Assembly: GCA_035461175.1 (NCBI GenBank) | Contig: DATHVR010000073.1 | Span: forward strand, 9,871-73,870 | DNA: 64,000 nucleotides | Direction of reading: 5' to 3' | DNA from: Acidimicrobiia bacterium | GTDB lineage: Bacteria > Actinomycetota > Acidimicrobiia > Spongiisociales > ZC4RG35 | Shown: positions 8,857-17,834 of the stretch, piece by piece | How the letters are laid out: each line of letters opens with the position of its first letter | How positions within the stretch are numbered: position 1 is the first letter of the stretch | The notes under the pieces: model-generated | The model's input: only the letters and a program-made list of their open reading frames with translations | Database searches by the model: none | Told to the model about the DNA's origin: nothing | Program-made: the position numbers and the translations under genes

Positions 8857-11800
8857 TCAGCTCTCGGGGTCCGCCACCTGGAAAGCCCGGTAGATGAACG
8901 CCGCCATCTCACCTCGCGTGATCTCCCGATCGGGGCAGAACAGGTCGTTGATGGGGGGGTTGCATCCCCGGGTCACACCGGCGGTGCCCAGGATGTCGAT
9001 GGCCGACTCGTGCACGCTGGTGTCGTCATCGGTGAACAGGTCGTCACCGGCTCCGCCCGTAAGGTCGAAGCCCCGCACCATGAAGGTCGCCATCTCGGCC
9101 CGGGTCAGGGTCCGGTCGGGACAGAACTCGTCGTTGGTGGGCGGGTTGCATCCCCGCGTGATCCCGGACTCGGCCAGGCGATTGATGTCGCCTTCGAACA
9201 CGTTGCCGTCGTCATCGCCGAAGTAGTCCTCGGTGGTGGCGGCCAGATCGAGCGCCCGGTTCAGGAACGCGGCCATCTGTCCACGCGTCACCGGATCGTC
9301 GGGGCAGTAGAGGGTGTTGTCCGGAGGGTTGCAGCCCCTGGTAATGCCCTCTTCGGCCAGCCAGGTGATCTCGGTGTTGAACAGATGGTCATCGGGAACG
9401 TCATCGAAGCTCGGAGGCTCGTCGCCCGGCGGCGGGGGTGGGGGTGGGGGTGGCGGCGGCGCCGCGTCCGTTGTCACCTCCGTGACCGCGAACTGGGCAG
9501 GTACCGGGTTGTTCTGGAACAACCACAGCATCTCGCCCTCGCCATCCACCGCGACATCGCCGCCCGCCGCGGCTGGCACCTCGAGGCTGAGGCCGTTGAC
9601 GGAGGTGATCTCGATTCCGAGATCGACGGTCACCGTGTCACTCACCCCGGCCACGCCCAGCTGGTCGAACACGACCGTGGTCGTGTTGAAGCTGGTGTCG
9701 CCATCGGCCAGGAAACCGAAATCACCGGTCAAGTCGGCCGGCAGGACCATTACGTGGTCGTTGAGGTCGGCGATTCCGTAGTACAGCAACGAGGCTCCAC
9801 CGCTGACGAGGTCGAAGAGAGCCGTGACCATGACGCCCTCCGGGTCGGCTCCGGTGAGCAGACCAAGGTCGGCGGCCACCACGGCGTAGTCATCGCTCCC
9901 GTCCTCGTCGACGTCGATGAAGATGTCGACCTCCAGAGCGCTGGGGGAGGACCAGGGCGTCCCGAGGGCGACGCCGAAGTCGATGGTGCCATAGGGCCCC
10001 CCTTCGGTGGCGGGCACGAAGCCGGTGCGGTATCCGACCGCCGCCAGGCTGCCCTCGCCTCCGCCCATGTGGGTAAACCCGTCGGCGAAGCCGTCGGCCG
10101 GACCTGCGTTCTCGACCGTCACCATGTCCTGCCCACCGGCAGCGGACACCTGCGAAGCCGGATCGGCCACCGCCACCAGGCCCACGACCAGCTTGTCGTC
10201 GGCGTTTGCCTGGTTGGTCAGCATCAGCCAGCCGTCGCTCTCGGATTGGCTGTAGAAGCCGTCGTCGGCCGCCATGGCCGCCGGGTCGACGTTTACGGTC
10301 ACGTCGACCGAGGCTGTCAAGCCTGAGGTGGCCACCGTGGTGGCGGACACCTCCCAGGTGACACCGGCCAGCTCCTGATTGGGTACCAGGGCGACGTCGT
10401 AGGTGGCGTCACCGTCCAGACGAGTGATGTCGATCGTGGCCGATTCCGAGGTCGCCGCGGTCGGATTGAGCCGGAACACCACCCCGCCGGGAGTGGTGTA
10501 GCCCTCCAGGTCGAGGACGGCGGTATCGACATGGGCTACGCCGGTGCCCTGGCGAGCGATCGGGATGGCACCGGGAACCAGAACCGGGCCCTCGACCATG
10601 GCCGGCGTGGCCGAGTTCATCAGCAGTGCCTTGACCTGTTCGGGAGTCAGTTCGTCTGCCTCGAGCATGAGGGCTGCCGCCCCGGCGATATGGGGGGCAG
10701 CCATCGAGGTACCGCTGAGCAGGGCCAGGCCGTCTCCGGAGCCAACGTCGGCAGCGCCGATCGAAAAGCCGGGCGCCGACAGGTCGGGCTTGAACACGTT
10801 CCCAAAACCGGGGCCCCATGATGTGAAGTCGGCCATGTTGTCGGCCAACTCCGGCTTTTCCACCGTTACGGCGTCGGTGAGCGTCACCTCGACGGTTTCG
10901 CTCTCGGCGACGGCGCGGATCGCCTCACCATCGGTCTCGCCGATCATCATCGCCGGAATGTCGGGCTTGGGATCAGTGTCGTTGTGAGCCATTCCGATGG
11001 GCGGGCCTTCGACGTTATTGAATACCAGGGCTCCGATGGCCCCAGCATTCTCGGCGTTGCGGATCTTGGTGGTGAAGTCACAGGTGCCGCGCTGGATGAG
11101 AGCGATCTGGCCAGTCATAGGCTGAACGGGATCACACGCATCCAGCGGTAGCGCCACCTCGAGGGTTCCTGTGGTGGCCGGATCCAGGTCCCCGAAGTCG
11201 CCGGCCTGAGCTTCGTAGGATCCGGCGACCGACTCCGGCGAGTTGACCGTCATGGCCAGCACGGTGGCGCCGCCGTCGATGGAGGCGGCCACGGAGATCA
11301 CGCCGTCGGAAACGGCCGGAGAACCGGTTACGTAAGGAGCGGTGCCCTCATTGCCGGCCGACGCCACCACCACGACTCCCGCCTCGACCGCGTTCTGAGC
11401 GGCGATGGCAGAAGGATCGTCGGGGTGCCCGAAGGGCGATCCCAGGCTCATGTTGATGACGTCGACCGCATCGACGATATCGCCATCGTTGTTGGGATCG
11501 AGGGCCCGTTCGATGGCATCGGAGACCAGGTCGGTGGAACCAGCCACGTCCCCGAACACCTTGTAGGCGTAGATCACGGCGTCCTCGGCCACGCCTTCTT
11601 CCAGGTCACCGGTCACATCGAACCCGGCGGCGGTGGAGGCGACGTGGGTGCCGTGGCCGTTGACGTCGAGCGGGTCGGAGTCGGGGGAGGGGACGTCGAG
11701 ACCCGCTGTGGAAGCGTCGTAGGTGGGTCCGGCGAAGTCGTATCCGTCGACCACCTTGGCCGTGGGGAAGCCTCCGTCGGAAATGGTCCCGGGATCGTTG

Positions 11801-12393
11801 TTGTCGTAAGCCTCGGTGGTGCCGGGGCCGCCGAAGGCGGCATGGGTGTAATCGACGCCGGTGTCGATGATGGCGATGGAGACACCCTCACCGGTGTGGC
11901 CGGCAGTGCGGACCGCATCGCGTCCGATGTGGGGCACGCTGGTCTCGAGGGTGGGCCGGTACTTGGCCACCGCCGCCACGTTCTTGACGCCCTCGGTGGC
12001 CCGGATGGCCGGGATGTCGCCCGCCCGGACCATGGCCCGAAGGCCGTTGGCGGCGATGACGAGATTGGAGCGTTCCTGCACGATCACGTCGGAGAGAGCC
12101 GCGCGCACGGCATCCTGCTGGGCCCGCACCAACCGAGCTTGGGCCCGCTGGGCGGCGGTCTGACCACCGTCGGCGGCCACCTCGGCCACGGCCGGCTCGT
12201 CGAGCTGGATGAAGACCTGAACGACGTCGTCGGGGCTGCGGAGTTGGAAGTCCCCGGAAACGGAGCCGGCAAGACGATCGGTGCCGTCGCGGGACGACAA
12301 CTCGGTGGTGGTCTGCGCCGCCACCGGGCCCACCGTCATCAGGGTGGTGGCCAGCATGGCGACTACGGCGAAGAGCGCCGTGCGCTTTCTCAT
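8857..12393 (-). CDS. Secreted multidomain S8 (subtilisin-family) serine peptidase with a PA-domain insert, a poly-proline linker and three C-terminal SLH-like repeats.
   Basis: Signal peptide MRKRTALFAVVAMLATTLMTVGPVAAQ. Catalytic triad motifs AIIDTGVDYTHAAF (Asp), HGTHVASTAAG (His) and GTSMAAPHIAGAAALM (Ser). PA-like segment …ALIQRGTCDFTTKIRNAENAGAIGALVFNN…. A P11 linker precedes three ~60-aa repeats, each with F.D….H…I..L…GITRGCNPP…FCPD…TRxEMAxF. The start chosen is the internal ATG at 12393, preceded by AGGGAG. Confidence 0.85.
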   Translation of the reverse strand: MRKRTALFAVVAMLATTLMTVGPVAAQTTTELSSRDGTDRLAGSVSGDFQLRSPDDVVQVFIQLDEPAVAEVAADGGQTAAQRAQARLVRAQQDAVRAALSDVIVQERSNLVIAANGLRAMVRAGDIPAIRATEGVKNVAAVAKYRPTLETSVPHIGRDAVRTAGHTGEGVSIAIIDTGVDYTHAAFGGPGTTEAYDNNDPGTISDGGFPTAKVVDGYDFAGPTYDASTAGLDVPSPDSDPLDVNGHGTHVASTAAGFDVTGDLEEGVAEDAVIYAYKVFGDVAGSTDLVSDAIERALDPNNDGDIVDAVDVINMSLGSPFGHPDDPSAIAAQNAVEAGVVVVASAGNEGTAPYVTGSPAVSDGVISVAASIDGGATVLAMTVNSPESVAGSYEAQAGDFGDLDPATTGTLEVALPLDACDPVQPMTGQIALIQRGTCDFTTKIRNAENAGAIGALVFNNVEGPPIGMAHNDTDPKPDIPAMMIGETDGEAIRAVAESETVEVTLTDAVTVEKPELADNMADFTSWGPGFGNVFKPDLSAPGFSIGAADVGSGDGLALLSGTSMAAPHIAGAAALMLEADELTPEQVKALLMNSATPAMVEGPVLVPGAIPIARQGTGVAHVDTAVLDLEGYTTPGGVVFRLNPTAATSESATIDITRLDGDATYDVALVPNQELAGVTWEVSATTVATSGLTASVDVTVNVDPAAMAADDGFYSQSESDGWLMLTNQANADDKLVVGLVAVADPASQVSAAGGQDMVTVENAGPADGFADGFTHMGGGEGSLAAVGYRTGFVPATEGGPYGTIDFGVALGTPWSSPSALEVDIFIDVDEDGSDDYAVVAADLGLLTGADPEGVMVTALFDLVSGGASLLYYGIADLNDHVMVLPADLTGDFGFLADGDTSFNTTTVVFDQLGVAGVSDTVTVDLGIEITSVNGLSLEVPAAAGGDVAVDGEGEMLWLFQNNPVPAQFAVTEVTTDAAPPPPPPPPPPPGDEPPSFDDVPDDHLFNTEITWLAEEGITRGCNPPDNTLYCPDDPVTRGQMAAFLNRALDLAATTEDYFGDDDGNVFEGDINRLAESGITRGCNPPTNDEFCPDRTLTRAEMATFMVRGFDLTGGAGDDLFTDDDTSVHESAIDILGTAGVTRGCNPPINDLFCPDREITRGEMAAFIYRAFQVADPES
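8860..9408 (-). repeat. Three tandem ~180-bp coding repeats (SLH-like domains) at the 3' end of the S8 peptidase gene. An adjacent (CCN)n tract (about 9409-9460) encodes the poly-Pro linker.
   Basis: DNA-level repetition is visible, e.g. recurring …tcgtcatcggtgaacaggtcgtcaccgg… and …gacagaactcgtcgttggtgggcgggttgcatccccgcgtgat…. The protein repeats align. Confidence 0.7.
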
Positions 12394-12478
12394 TCTTGCT
12401 CCCTCTTCTCGCGACGGACATGACTGCCCGTGGGCGACCATACACCATCGTATGGAGGCCTGCGTCATAGCCCGCACA

Positions 12479-13462
12479 TCAGGCCAGGTACCGGTACACC
12501 CCGTCCCGGTCTTCCCGACGCAGCCGGTCGTGGAGGCGGAGATGCTCGAGATGAGCCACCGTTTCCCGGAACGCCAGCCGCTGCTCGATGGGAGTCAGAC
12601 GGGGGCGGAACACCGCGTTGACCATCTCCCAGGCCGTCAGCGCCGTGCCCCGGGCCCGGCCCCACATCTGGTCGAGGCGGCGCTCATGATGGAGGAGGAT
12701 CTGTTCTACCCGGGCGGCACCCCGCTCGATGATTCCGCCGTGGGCGGGATAGGTGAGACTGATCCCGATCGCGAGGAGACGCTGCAGCGATGCCAGGTAG
12801 TCGCCGAGGGCATCTGGGAACGCCTCGTCGAACATGATCACCGGGGAGATGCGGGGGAGAACGTGGTCGCCGGAGAAAACAATTCCGGTGCGACTGTCGC
12901 GCAGACAGATGTGGGCCGGCTCGTGGCCGGGAGTGTGCAGCACCTGCAGATATCGCTCCCCGCCCAGGTCGAGCCGGTCCCCGTCTTTCACCACCACGTC
13001 GGGCGGCTCGATGATCGGCATGTAGTCGGGCCGGGGCCCGGTGTCGGCCAGCGCCTGGGCCTGGGGCCGGGGCACCCCGTGGCGGGCTGCCAGCTCCAGG
13101 TTGCGGGCGATGAAGCCGGGGGTGTCGTTGTAACGATCGACCAGGCGGGCCGCCCGGTTGTGCATTACGAAACGACAGCCGTGCTCGGCCACCATCCGCG
13201 AGGCCATGCCGACGTGGTCGGGATGCAGATGGCTGACGACGAGTGTGTGGATAGGTGCGCCTTCCAGGCCGAGAGCTTTCAGCCCCGCCCCCAGCGCCTT
13301 GTGTCCCTCCTCCCAGTCGGCACCGCAGTCGATGAGGGTGAGCCCGTCCCCGGACTCGATGGCATAACAGTTGACCCAGGCCGGGGAGCGGAAAGGGAGG
13401 GGAGCGGGGATGAGATGGATGCCATCGCCCAGGTCGGCGGGGGCGGGCAGGGCCCCGTTCAC
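12479..13462 (-). CDS. MBL-fold metallo-hydrolase.
   Basis: HxHxDH motif (VVSHLHPDHVGMA) and downstream His/Asp ligands (HTPGHEPAHI, FSGDHVL). The start overlaps the dodecin stop (ATGA). Confidence 0.75.
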   Translation of the reverse strand: MNGALPAPADLGDGIHLIPAPLPFRSPAWVNCYAIESGDGLTLIDCGADWEEGHKALGAGLKALGLEGAPIHTLVVSHLHPDHVGMASRMVAEHGCRFVMHNRAARLVDRYNDTPGFIARNLELAARHGVPRPQAQALADTGPRPDYMPIIEPPDVVVKDGDRLDLGGERYLQVLHTPGHEPAHICLRDSRTGIVFSGDHVLPRISPVIMFDEAFPDALGDYLASLQRLLAIGISLTYPAHGGIIERGAARVEQILLHHERRLDQMWGRARGTALTAWEMVNAVFRPRLTPIEQRLAFRETVAHLEHLRLHDRLRREDRDGVYRYLA

Positions 13463-13683
13463 CCGTGCTCGACGGCGTCGCGGATACCGAAGGTGATGTC
13501 GATCGTCACCTCGAAGTCGGTGGGCACCCCCGAGTCGTCCACCTGTCCTCCGGCCCGGACCAGGGCCCAGCGGGTGATGTCGGAGATAGTCGAGGCGGCC
13601 CGGGCCAGGACGGTACGGACGGCGTCTTCCATCGAGTCGGGCGAGCTGCCGGTGAGACGGACGGTCTTGGTGATCTGGGACAT
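13459..13683 (-). CDS. Dodecin-family (flavin-binding) small protein.
   Basis: MSQITKTVRLTGSSPDSMEDAVRTVLARAASTISDITRWALVRAGGQVDDSGVPTDFEVTIDITF matches the dodecin/DUF1458 pattern. It is translationally coupled to the MBL gene. Confidence 0.6.
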   Translation of the reverse strand: MSQITKTVRLTGSSPDSMEDAVRTVLARAASTISDITRWALVRAGGQVDDSGVPTDFEVTIDITFGIRDAVEHG

Positions 13684-13793
13684 GGGCGCTCCTGAAGGGC
13701 GGGAACTCAGATTATGCCCGTCCATCCTTGCACGCCGCGTGGCACCCGGACCGTTCTCGGCATCACAGACAGGTCCAGAATATCCCGGATCGA

Positions 13794-13808
13794 TCGAACA
13801 TATGTTCG
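13794..13808. promoter_or_regulatory. LexA (SOS/Cheo-type) box TCGAACatatGTTCG in the divergent dodecin/dnaE2 intergenic region.
   Basis: Perfect match to the actinobacterial LexA consensus TCGAAC-N4-GTTCGA. It lies 7-16 nt upstream of the dnaE2 GTG candidates (13815/13824). Confidence 0.75.
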
Positions 13809-13814
13809 GGTAGA

Positions 13815-16800
13815 GTGACAGGGGTGTACGCCGAGCTGCATTGCCACACCAACTTCTCGTTCCTGGACGGCGCCTCCTTCCCCGAGGACCTGGTGGAGCG
13901 GGCGATGGACCTCGGCTACGACGCCCTCGCCGTCACCGACCACGACGGGTTCTACGGGGTCTCCCGCTTCTGGCAGGCAGCGCGTCAGAGCGGGCTCGCC
14001 GGCGTCTACGGCGTCGAGGTGGGGATGCCCCTGGCCCGGTCCGAGCCCGACGACCCGGTGACGGCGGCCGAGTTGCGGGACCGGGAACAAGAGGCCACCC
14101 GCCCCACCGGCCCCCGGCGGGGCCGGAGCGTGGATATGCACGGCAGCAAGCCCCTGAGGCCGCCACCGACCGAGCATCTGGTGTTGCTGGCCGGCTCTCC
14201 GGATGGCTATCGAGCCCTGGGACGGTTCGTAACCCGGGCGCAGATGCGCGGGGTGAAGGATGCCCCTCGCTACAGCTGGGAGGACCTGACCGAGGTGGCC
14301 GCCACGCGAGAGGTGTGGGCCCTGTCCGGGTGCCACGCCGGAGCGGTTCCCGCCGCCGCTACCCGGGGTGACCTGGCCGGGACGATGGCAGCGGCCGTCG
14401 AGTTGCGCGACCTGTTCGGCACCCGCCTCCACCTCGAACTGTGGGACCACGGGCTTCCCGTCGACGATGCCCGCAACGACCTGATGTGGGAGGTGGCCCA
14501 GCGCCTCGGACTGGGGGTGGTGGCCACCAACCAAGCTCATTATGCGCGGCGGGAAGAGGCGGATCTGGCCGAGGTCCTGGCCGCCATCGCCGGGCGGCGC
14601 TCCCTGGAGGGGGCGGACGGGTTCCGCCCCGCCACCGACCTGCGCCATCTGCGCCCGCCCGGAGAGATGGAAGCGATCTTCGCCCGCTACCCGGGGGCGG
14701 TGGCACGGGCGGGAGAGTTGGGGGAGAGGCTCGCCTTCGATCTGGGGTTGGTGGCACCACGGTTGCCCGATTTCCCCATGCCCGGCCACTTCCGTTCGGA
14801 GATGGAGTATCTCCGCCATCTCACCTTCGAGGGGGCGCGGTCGGTCTATCCCGGGGAGGGGGAGGGGGGCATCGATCCCGAAGCCCGTCGCCGCCTCGAA
14901 CATGAACTGGCGGTGATCGACCGCCTCGGGTTCCCCGGCTACTTCCTGGTGGTGTGGGATCTCGTCAAGTTCGCCCGCTCCCGCGACATCTACTGCCAGA
15001 TCCGCGGCTCGGGGGCCGACTCGGCGGTCTGCCGCTGTCTGGGTCTGACCCGGGTCGACCCGATCCGCCTCCACCTGCCTTTCGAGCGGTTCCTGTCGGA
15101 GGAGCGGGGCCGTGCCCCCGATATCGACCTCGACCTCGAGGCCGATCGCCGGGAGGAGGTGATCCAGTACTGCTACCGCCGCTACGGCCGGGAACGGGCC
15201 GCCATGGTGGCCAACGTGATCACCTATCGGGCCCGGTCGGTGCTGCGTGATGTGGCCAAGGCATTCGGCTTCACCCCCTCTCAGGTGGACGGGCTCTCCC
15301 GCTACGTCGACACCCGCAACCCATCCGACCTGGCCGACGAGGTGCCACTCCCGGCCGGTCTGACCGCCGACCTCATCTACGACGTCTGCCGCCGCCTCGA
15401 CGGCTTCCCCCGTCACCTCGGGATCCACTCGGGTGGCATGGTGATCGCCGACCGACCCCTGTGGCAGGTAGTTCCCCTGGAATGGGGACGGATGGAGGGG
15501 CGAACGGTCCTGCAGTGGGACAAGGACGACTCGGCGGCGGTGGGAATCGTCAAATTCGACCTTCTCGGCCTGGGCATGCTCAACGCCCTCCACCTGTCCG
15601 TCGACCTGATCGACGAAACCCACGGGGTGGCGATCGACCTGGCCGAGATCCCTCAGGAGCCGGTGATCTACGAGTCGCTGGGAGACGCCGACACCGTGGG
15701 CCTGTTCCAGGTCGAGTCCCGGGCCCAGATCGCCACCCTGCCCCGGATGCGACCGCGCACCTTCTACGACCTGGCCGTGGAGGTGGCGCTGATCCGTCCC
15801 GGACCCATTCAGGGCCAGTCCGTCCATCCCTATCTCAGGCGGCGCAACGGGGAGGAGGCGGTGCGCTATCCCCATCCCTCCACCGAGCCGATCCTGGCCA
15901 AGACCCTGGGCGTGCCGATCTTCCAGGAACAGCTGATGGAACTGGCCCGGATCTGCGCCGGCTTCGACGGGAACCAGTCCGACCGCCTCCGGCAGGCCAT
16001 GACCCACAAGCGCTCCGAGGCGGCGATGGGACGGCTGCGGGACGAGGTCTACGCCGGGATGGCATCCAACGGCATCACCGGGGCCGCCGCCGACGAAATC
16101 TGGGAGAAGCTTCAGGGATTTGCCAGTTTCGGGTTTCCCGAGTCCCACTCGGTCAGCTTCGCCTACATCGTCTACATGTCGGCCTGGCTGCGCCATCACT
16201 GGCCGGCCGAGTACCTGGCCGGGCTGCTCAACGCCCAGCCGATGGGCTTCTACAGCCCCAACAGCCTGGTCCAGGATGCCCAGCGCCACGGTGTGGTGGT
16301 GCTCCAGCCCGACGTGAATCACTCCGACCACGACTGCACCGTGGAACCCATCGCGGCAGATCCCGACGACGTCGTCGCCCACATGGGACGGACGTGGCGG
16401 CGGGGGAGAGGTCCGGCCGACGACCCCCTCCGCCTCCCGGTGGCAGTTCGCCTCGGGCTGCGCTACGTCCGCAACCTGGGCGCCGCCGAGATCGCTCGCA
16501 TCGAGACCGCCCGCATCGTCGGCGGTGCCTTCTCCTCACCCGAGGACCTGGCCCATCGCAGCGGCCTGGGGGTGGACGCCCTCGAGGGTCTGGCGGCGGC
16601 AGGCGCCCTCCGCTCCATCGGCCTCGATCGCCGCCCCGGACTGTGGGCGGCGGGGGCCCTGGCCGAGATCGACCCCGGACGTCTGGCGATGGCGCCGGGT
16701 GTGGAGGCACCCACCCTGCCCGGGATGAGCGATGAGGAGGCCCACCGGGCCGATCTGTGGGCTACCGGGGTCTCCGTCCGTCACCCGATCGAGTTCGTGC

Positions 16801-17132
16801 GTGAGCAACTGGCGGAGACGGGATGTGTGAGCGTGGCCGAGGTACTGGGGATGCGCCGCCCGGTCCGGGTGAAGGTGGGGGGAGTGGTGACTCACCGCCA
16901 GCGACCCGGCACCGCCGCCGGCGTGATCTTCTTCAACCTCGAGGACGAGACCGGACAGCTGAACGTGATCGTGTTGCCCGAGGTGTGGGACCGTTACCGC
17001 CCGGTGGCGAGACGGTCTCCCGCCCTGATCATCGAAGGGCGGGTGGAGCATCGCCATGGAGTGACCAACCTGGTCGCCCGCGCCATGGAGGGGTTGGGGG
17101 TCCAGACGATCCGGTCGCGCGACTTCCGGTGA
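13815..17132 (+). CDS. dnaE2: Error-prone DNA polymerase III alpha-subunit paralog DnaE2 (ImuC). Start is GTG at 13815 or 13824.
   Basis: The PHP domain begins VYAELHCHTNFSFLDGAS… It is followed by the pol III alpha core, and the product is ~1105 aa. An SOS box lies directly upstream. Confidence 0.9.
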   Translation: MTGVYAELHCHTNFSFLDGASFPEDLVERAMDLGYDALAVTDHDGFYGVSRFWQAARQSGLAGVYGVEVGMPLARSEPDDPVTAAELRDREQEATRPTGPRRGRSVDMHGSKPLRPPPTEHLVLLAGSPDGYRALGRFVTRAQMRGVKDAPRYSWEDLTEVAATREVWALSGCHAGAVPAAATRGDLAGTMAAAVELRDLFGTRLHLELWDHGLPVDDARNDLMWEVAQRLGLGVVATNQAHYARREEADLAEVLAAIAGRRSLEGADGFRPATDLRHLRPPGEMEAIFARYPGAVARAGELGERLAFDLGLVAPRLPDFPMPGHFRSEMEYLRHLTFEGARSVYPGEGEGGIDPEARRRLEHELAVIDRLGFPGYFLVVWDLVKFARSRDIYCQIRGSGADSAVCRCLGLTRVDPIRLHLPFERFLSEERGRAPDIDLDLEADRREEVIQYCYRRYGRERAAMVANVITYRARSVLRDVAKAFGFTPSQVDGLSRYVDTRNPSDLADEVPLPAGLTADLIYDVCRRLDGFPRHLGIHSGGMVIADRPLWQVVPLEWGRMEGRTVLQWDKDDSAAVGIVKFDLLGLGMLNALHLSVDLIDETHGVAIDLAEIPQEPVIYESLGDADTVGLFQVESRAQIATLPRMRPRTFYDLAVEVALIRPGPIQGQSVHPYLRRRNGEEAVRYPHPSTEPILAKTLGVPIFQEQLMELARICAGFDGNQSDRLRQAMTHKRSEAAMGRLRDEVYAGMASNGITGAAADEIWEKLQGFASFGFPESHSVSFAYIVYMSAWLRHHWPAEYLAGLLNAQPMGFYSPNSLVQDAQRHGVVVLQPDVNHSDHDCTVEPIAADPDDVVAHMGRTWRRGRGPADDPLRLPVAVRLGLRYVRNLGAAEIARIETARIVGGAFSSPEDLAHRSGLGVDALEGLAAAGALRSIGLDRRPGLWAAGALAEIDPGRLAMAPGVEAPTLPGMSDEEAHRADLWATGVSVRHPIEFVREQLAETGCVSVAEVLGMRRPVRVKVGGVVTHRQRPGTAAGVIFFNLEDETGQLNVIVLPEVWDRYRPVARRSPALIIEGRVEHRHGVTNLVARAMEGLGVQTIRSRDFR

Positions 17133-17139
17133 CCCTCCC

Positions 17140-17712
17140 TCAGGGAGTGCAGCCGAACACCGCCCAGCCGCCTTCCTCGTAGACGGCGTGGGCGGCCGCC
17201 GCCACGCTCGCCTCGGGATCGGTGGGATCGGCGGCCGGGAACCCGGCGGCCTCGGCCCGCTGGGGCCAGAACTCAGGCAGGTGATGGAAGAGGCCCATCC
17301 CGCCGGTCTCGGGATTGGAAGAAGTCGGGTTGAAGCGGGATTCGCACCACGCCACCCGGATCGCCCGGTTGATGTCCTCTTCCCGGAAATACTCGCTGAC
17401 CAGGGCGCGGACCTGCATCTCCGAGAGCCACCCGTGGGTGGGGACCGTGTCGGCGGGCGGCTTGAGCTTGGTGGCCTCCGGAGAGTCCGTTTCGGTTTCG
17501 GAGTTGAGCGGCACGGCCGCTACCGACGCCACTTGATTCTGAGGGGAGTTGAAACCGAGGCCGGCCATGGCCCCGACCTCACGACCGAGTGCGACGCTCG
17601 ACGCCTCCGGGACGGGACGGTCAGAGATCTGGAACGCGGCAAAGCCGGCGACCGCTAGAAGCGTCACCACCGCCCATATGGCGACGAAAACGAAGGGATG
17701 TGCACGTCTCAA
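17140..17712 (-). CDS. Membrane-anchored lytic transglycosylase (SLT-like domain). The start is uncertain: the ORF extends to 17877, and the TTG at 17712 with an upstream GGAG is preferred.
   Basis: TM helix PFVFVAIWAVVTLLAVAGFAAF, then an SLT motif …AWCESRFNPTSSNPETGGMGLFHHLPEFW… (E-S…GLxQ-like). Confidence 0.6.
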   Translation of the reverse strand: MRRAHPFVFVAIWAVVTLLAVAGFAAFQISDRPVPEASSVALGREVGAMAGLGFNSPQNQVASVAAVPLNSETETDSPEATKLKPPADTVPTHGWLSEMQVRALVSEYFREEDINRAIRVAWCESRFNPTSSNPETGGMGLFHHLPEFWPQRAEAAGFPAADPTDPEASVAAAAHAVYEEGGWAVFGCTP

Positions 17713-17834
17713 TGAATGACTCCGCCCTCTTGAGACCCAGCAGTCTCGAAGGCATGAAACCGAGAGTAACGGGGGTTGATCCGCTGCGGCAACTCGTCTC
17801 CTGTCAGATCCTGCCAGGAGATGCCAAACGATTG

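Noticed and set aside
9010-12423. Plus-strand ORFs 9010..10326, 9314..9781, 11425..12423 antisense to the S8 peptidase gene
   Set aside because: Antisense shadow frames of a strongly supported subtilase gene; poly-Gly/His/Val composition.
12281-13813. 510-aa plus-strand ORF across the MBL/dodecin genes
   Set aside because: Opposite-strand shadow of two well-supported minus-strand genes; no domain signature.
13707-16382. 891-aa ORF antisense to dnaE2, and the nest of R/P/G-rich ORFs between 13841 and 17057
   Set aside because: No recognisable domains and extreme Arg/Gly/Pro composition. All overlap the well-supported dnaE2 coding frame.
17713-17834. c-di-AMP (ydaO) riboswitch upstream of the transglycosylase gene, as seen for rpf genes
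   Set aside because: No recognisable ydaO conserved core could be found by eye. The gene is an SLT-type rather than an Rpf-type transglycosylase.
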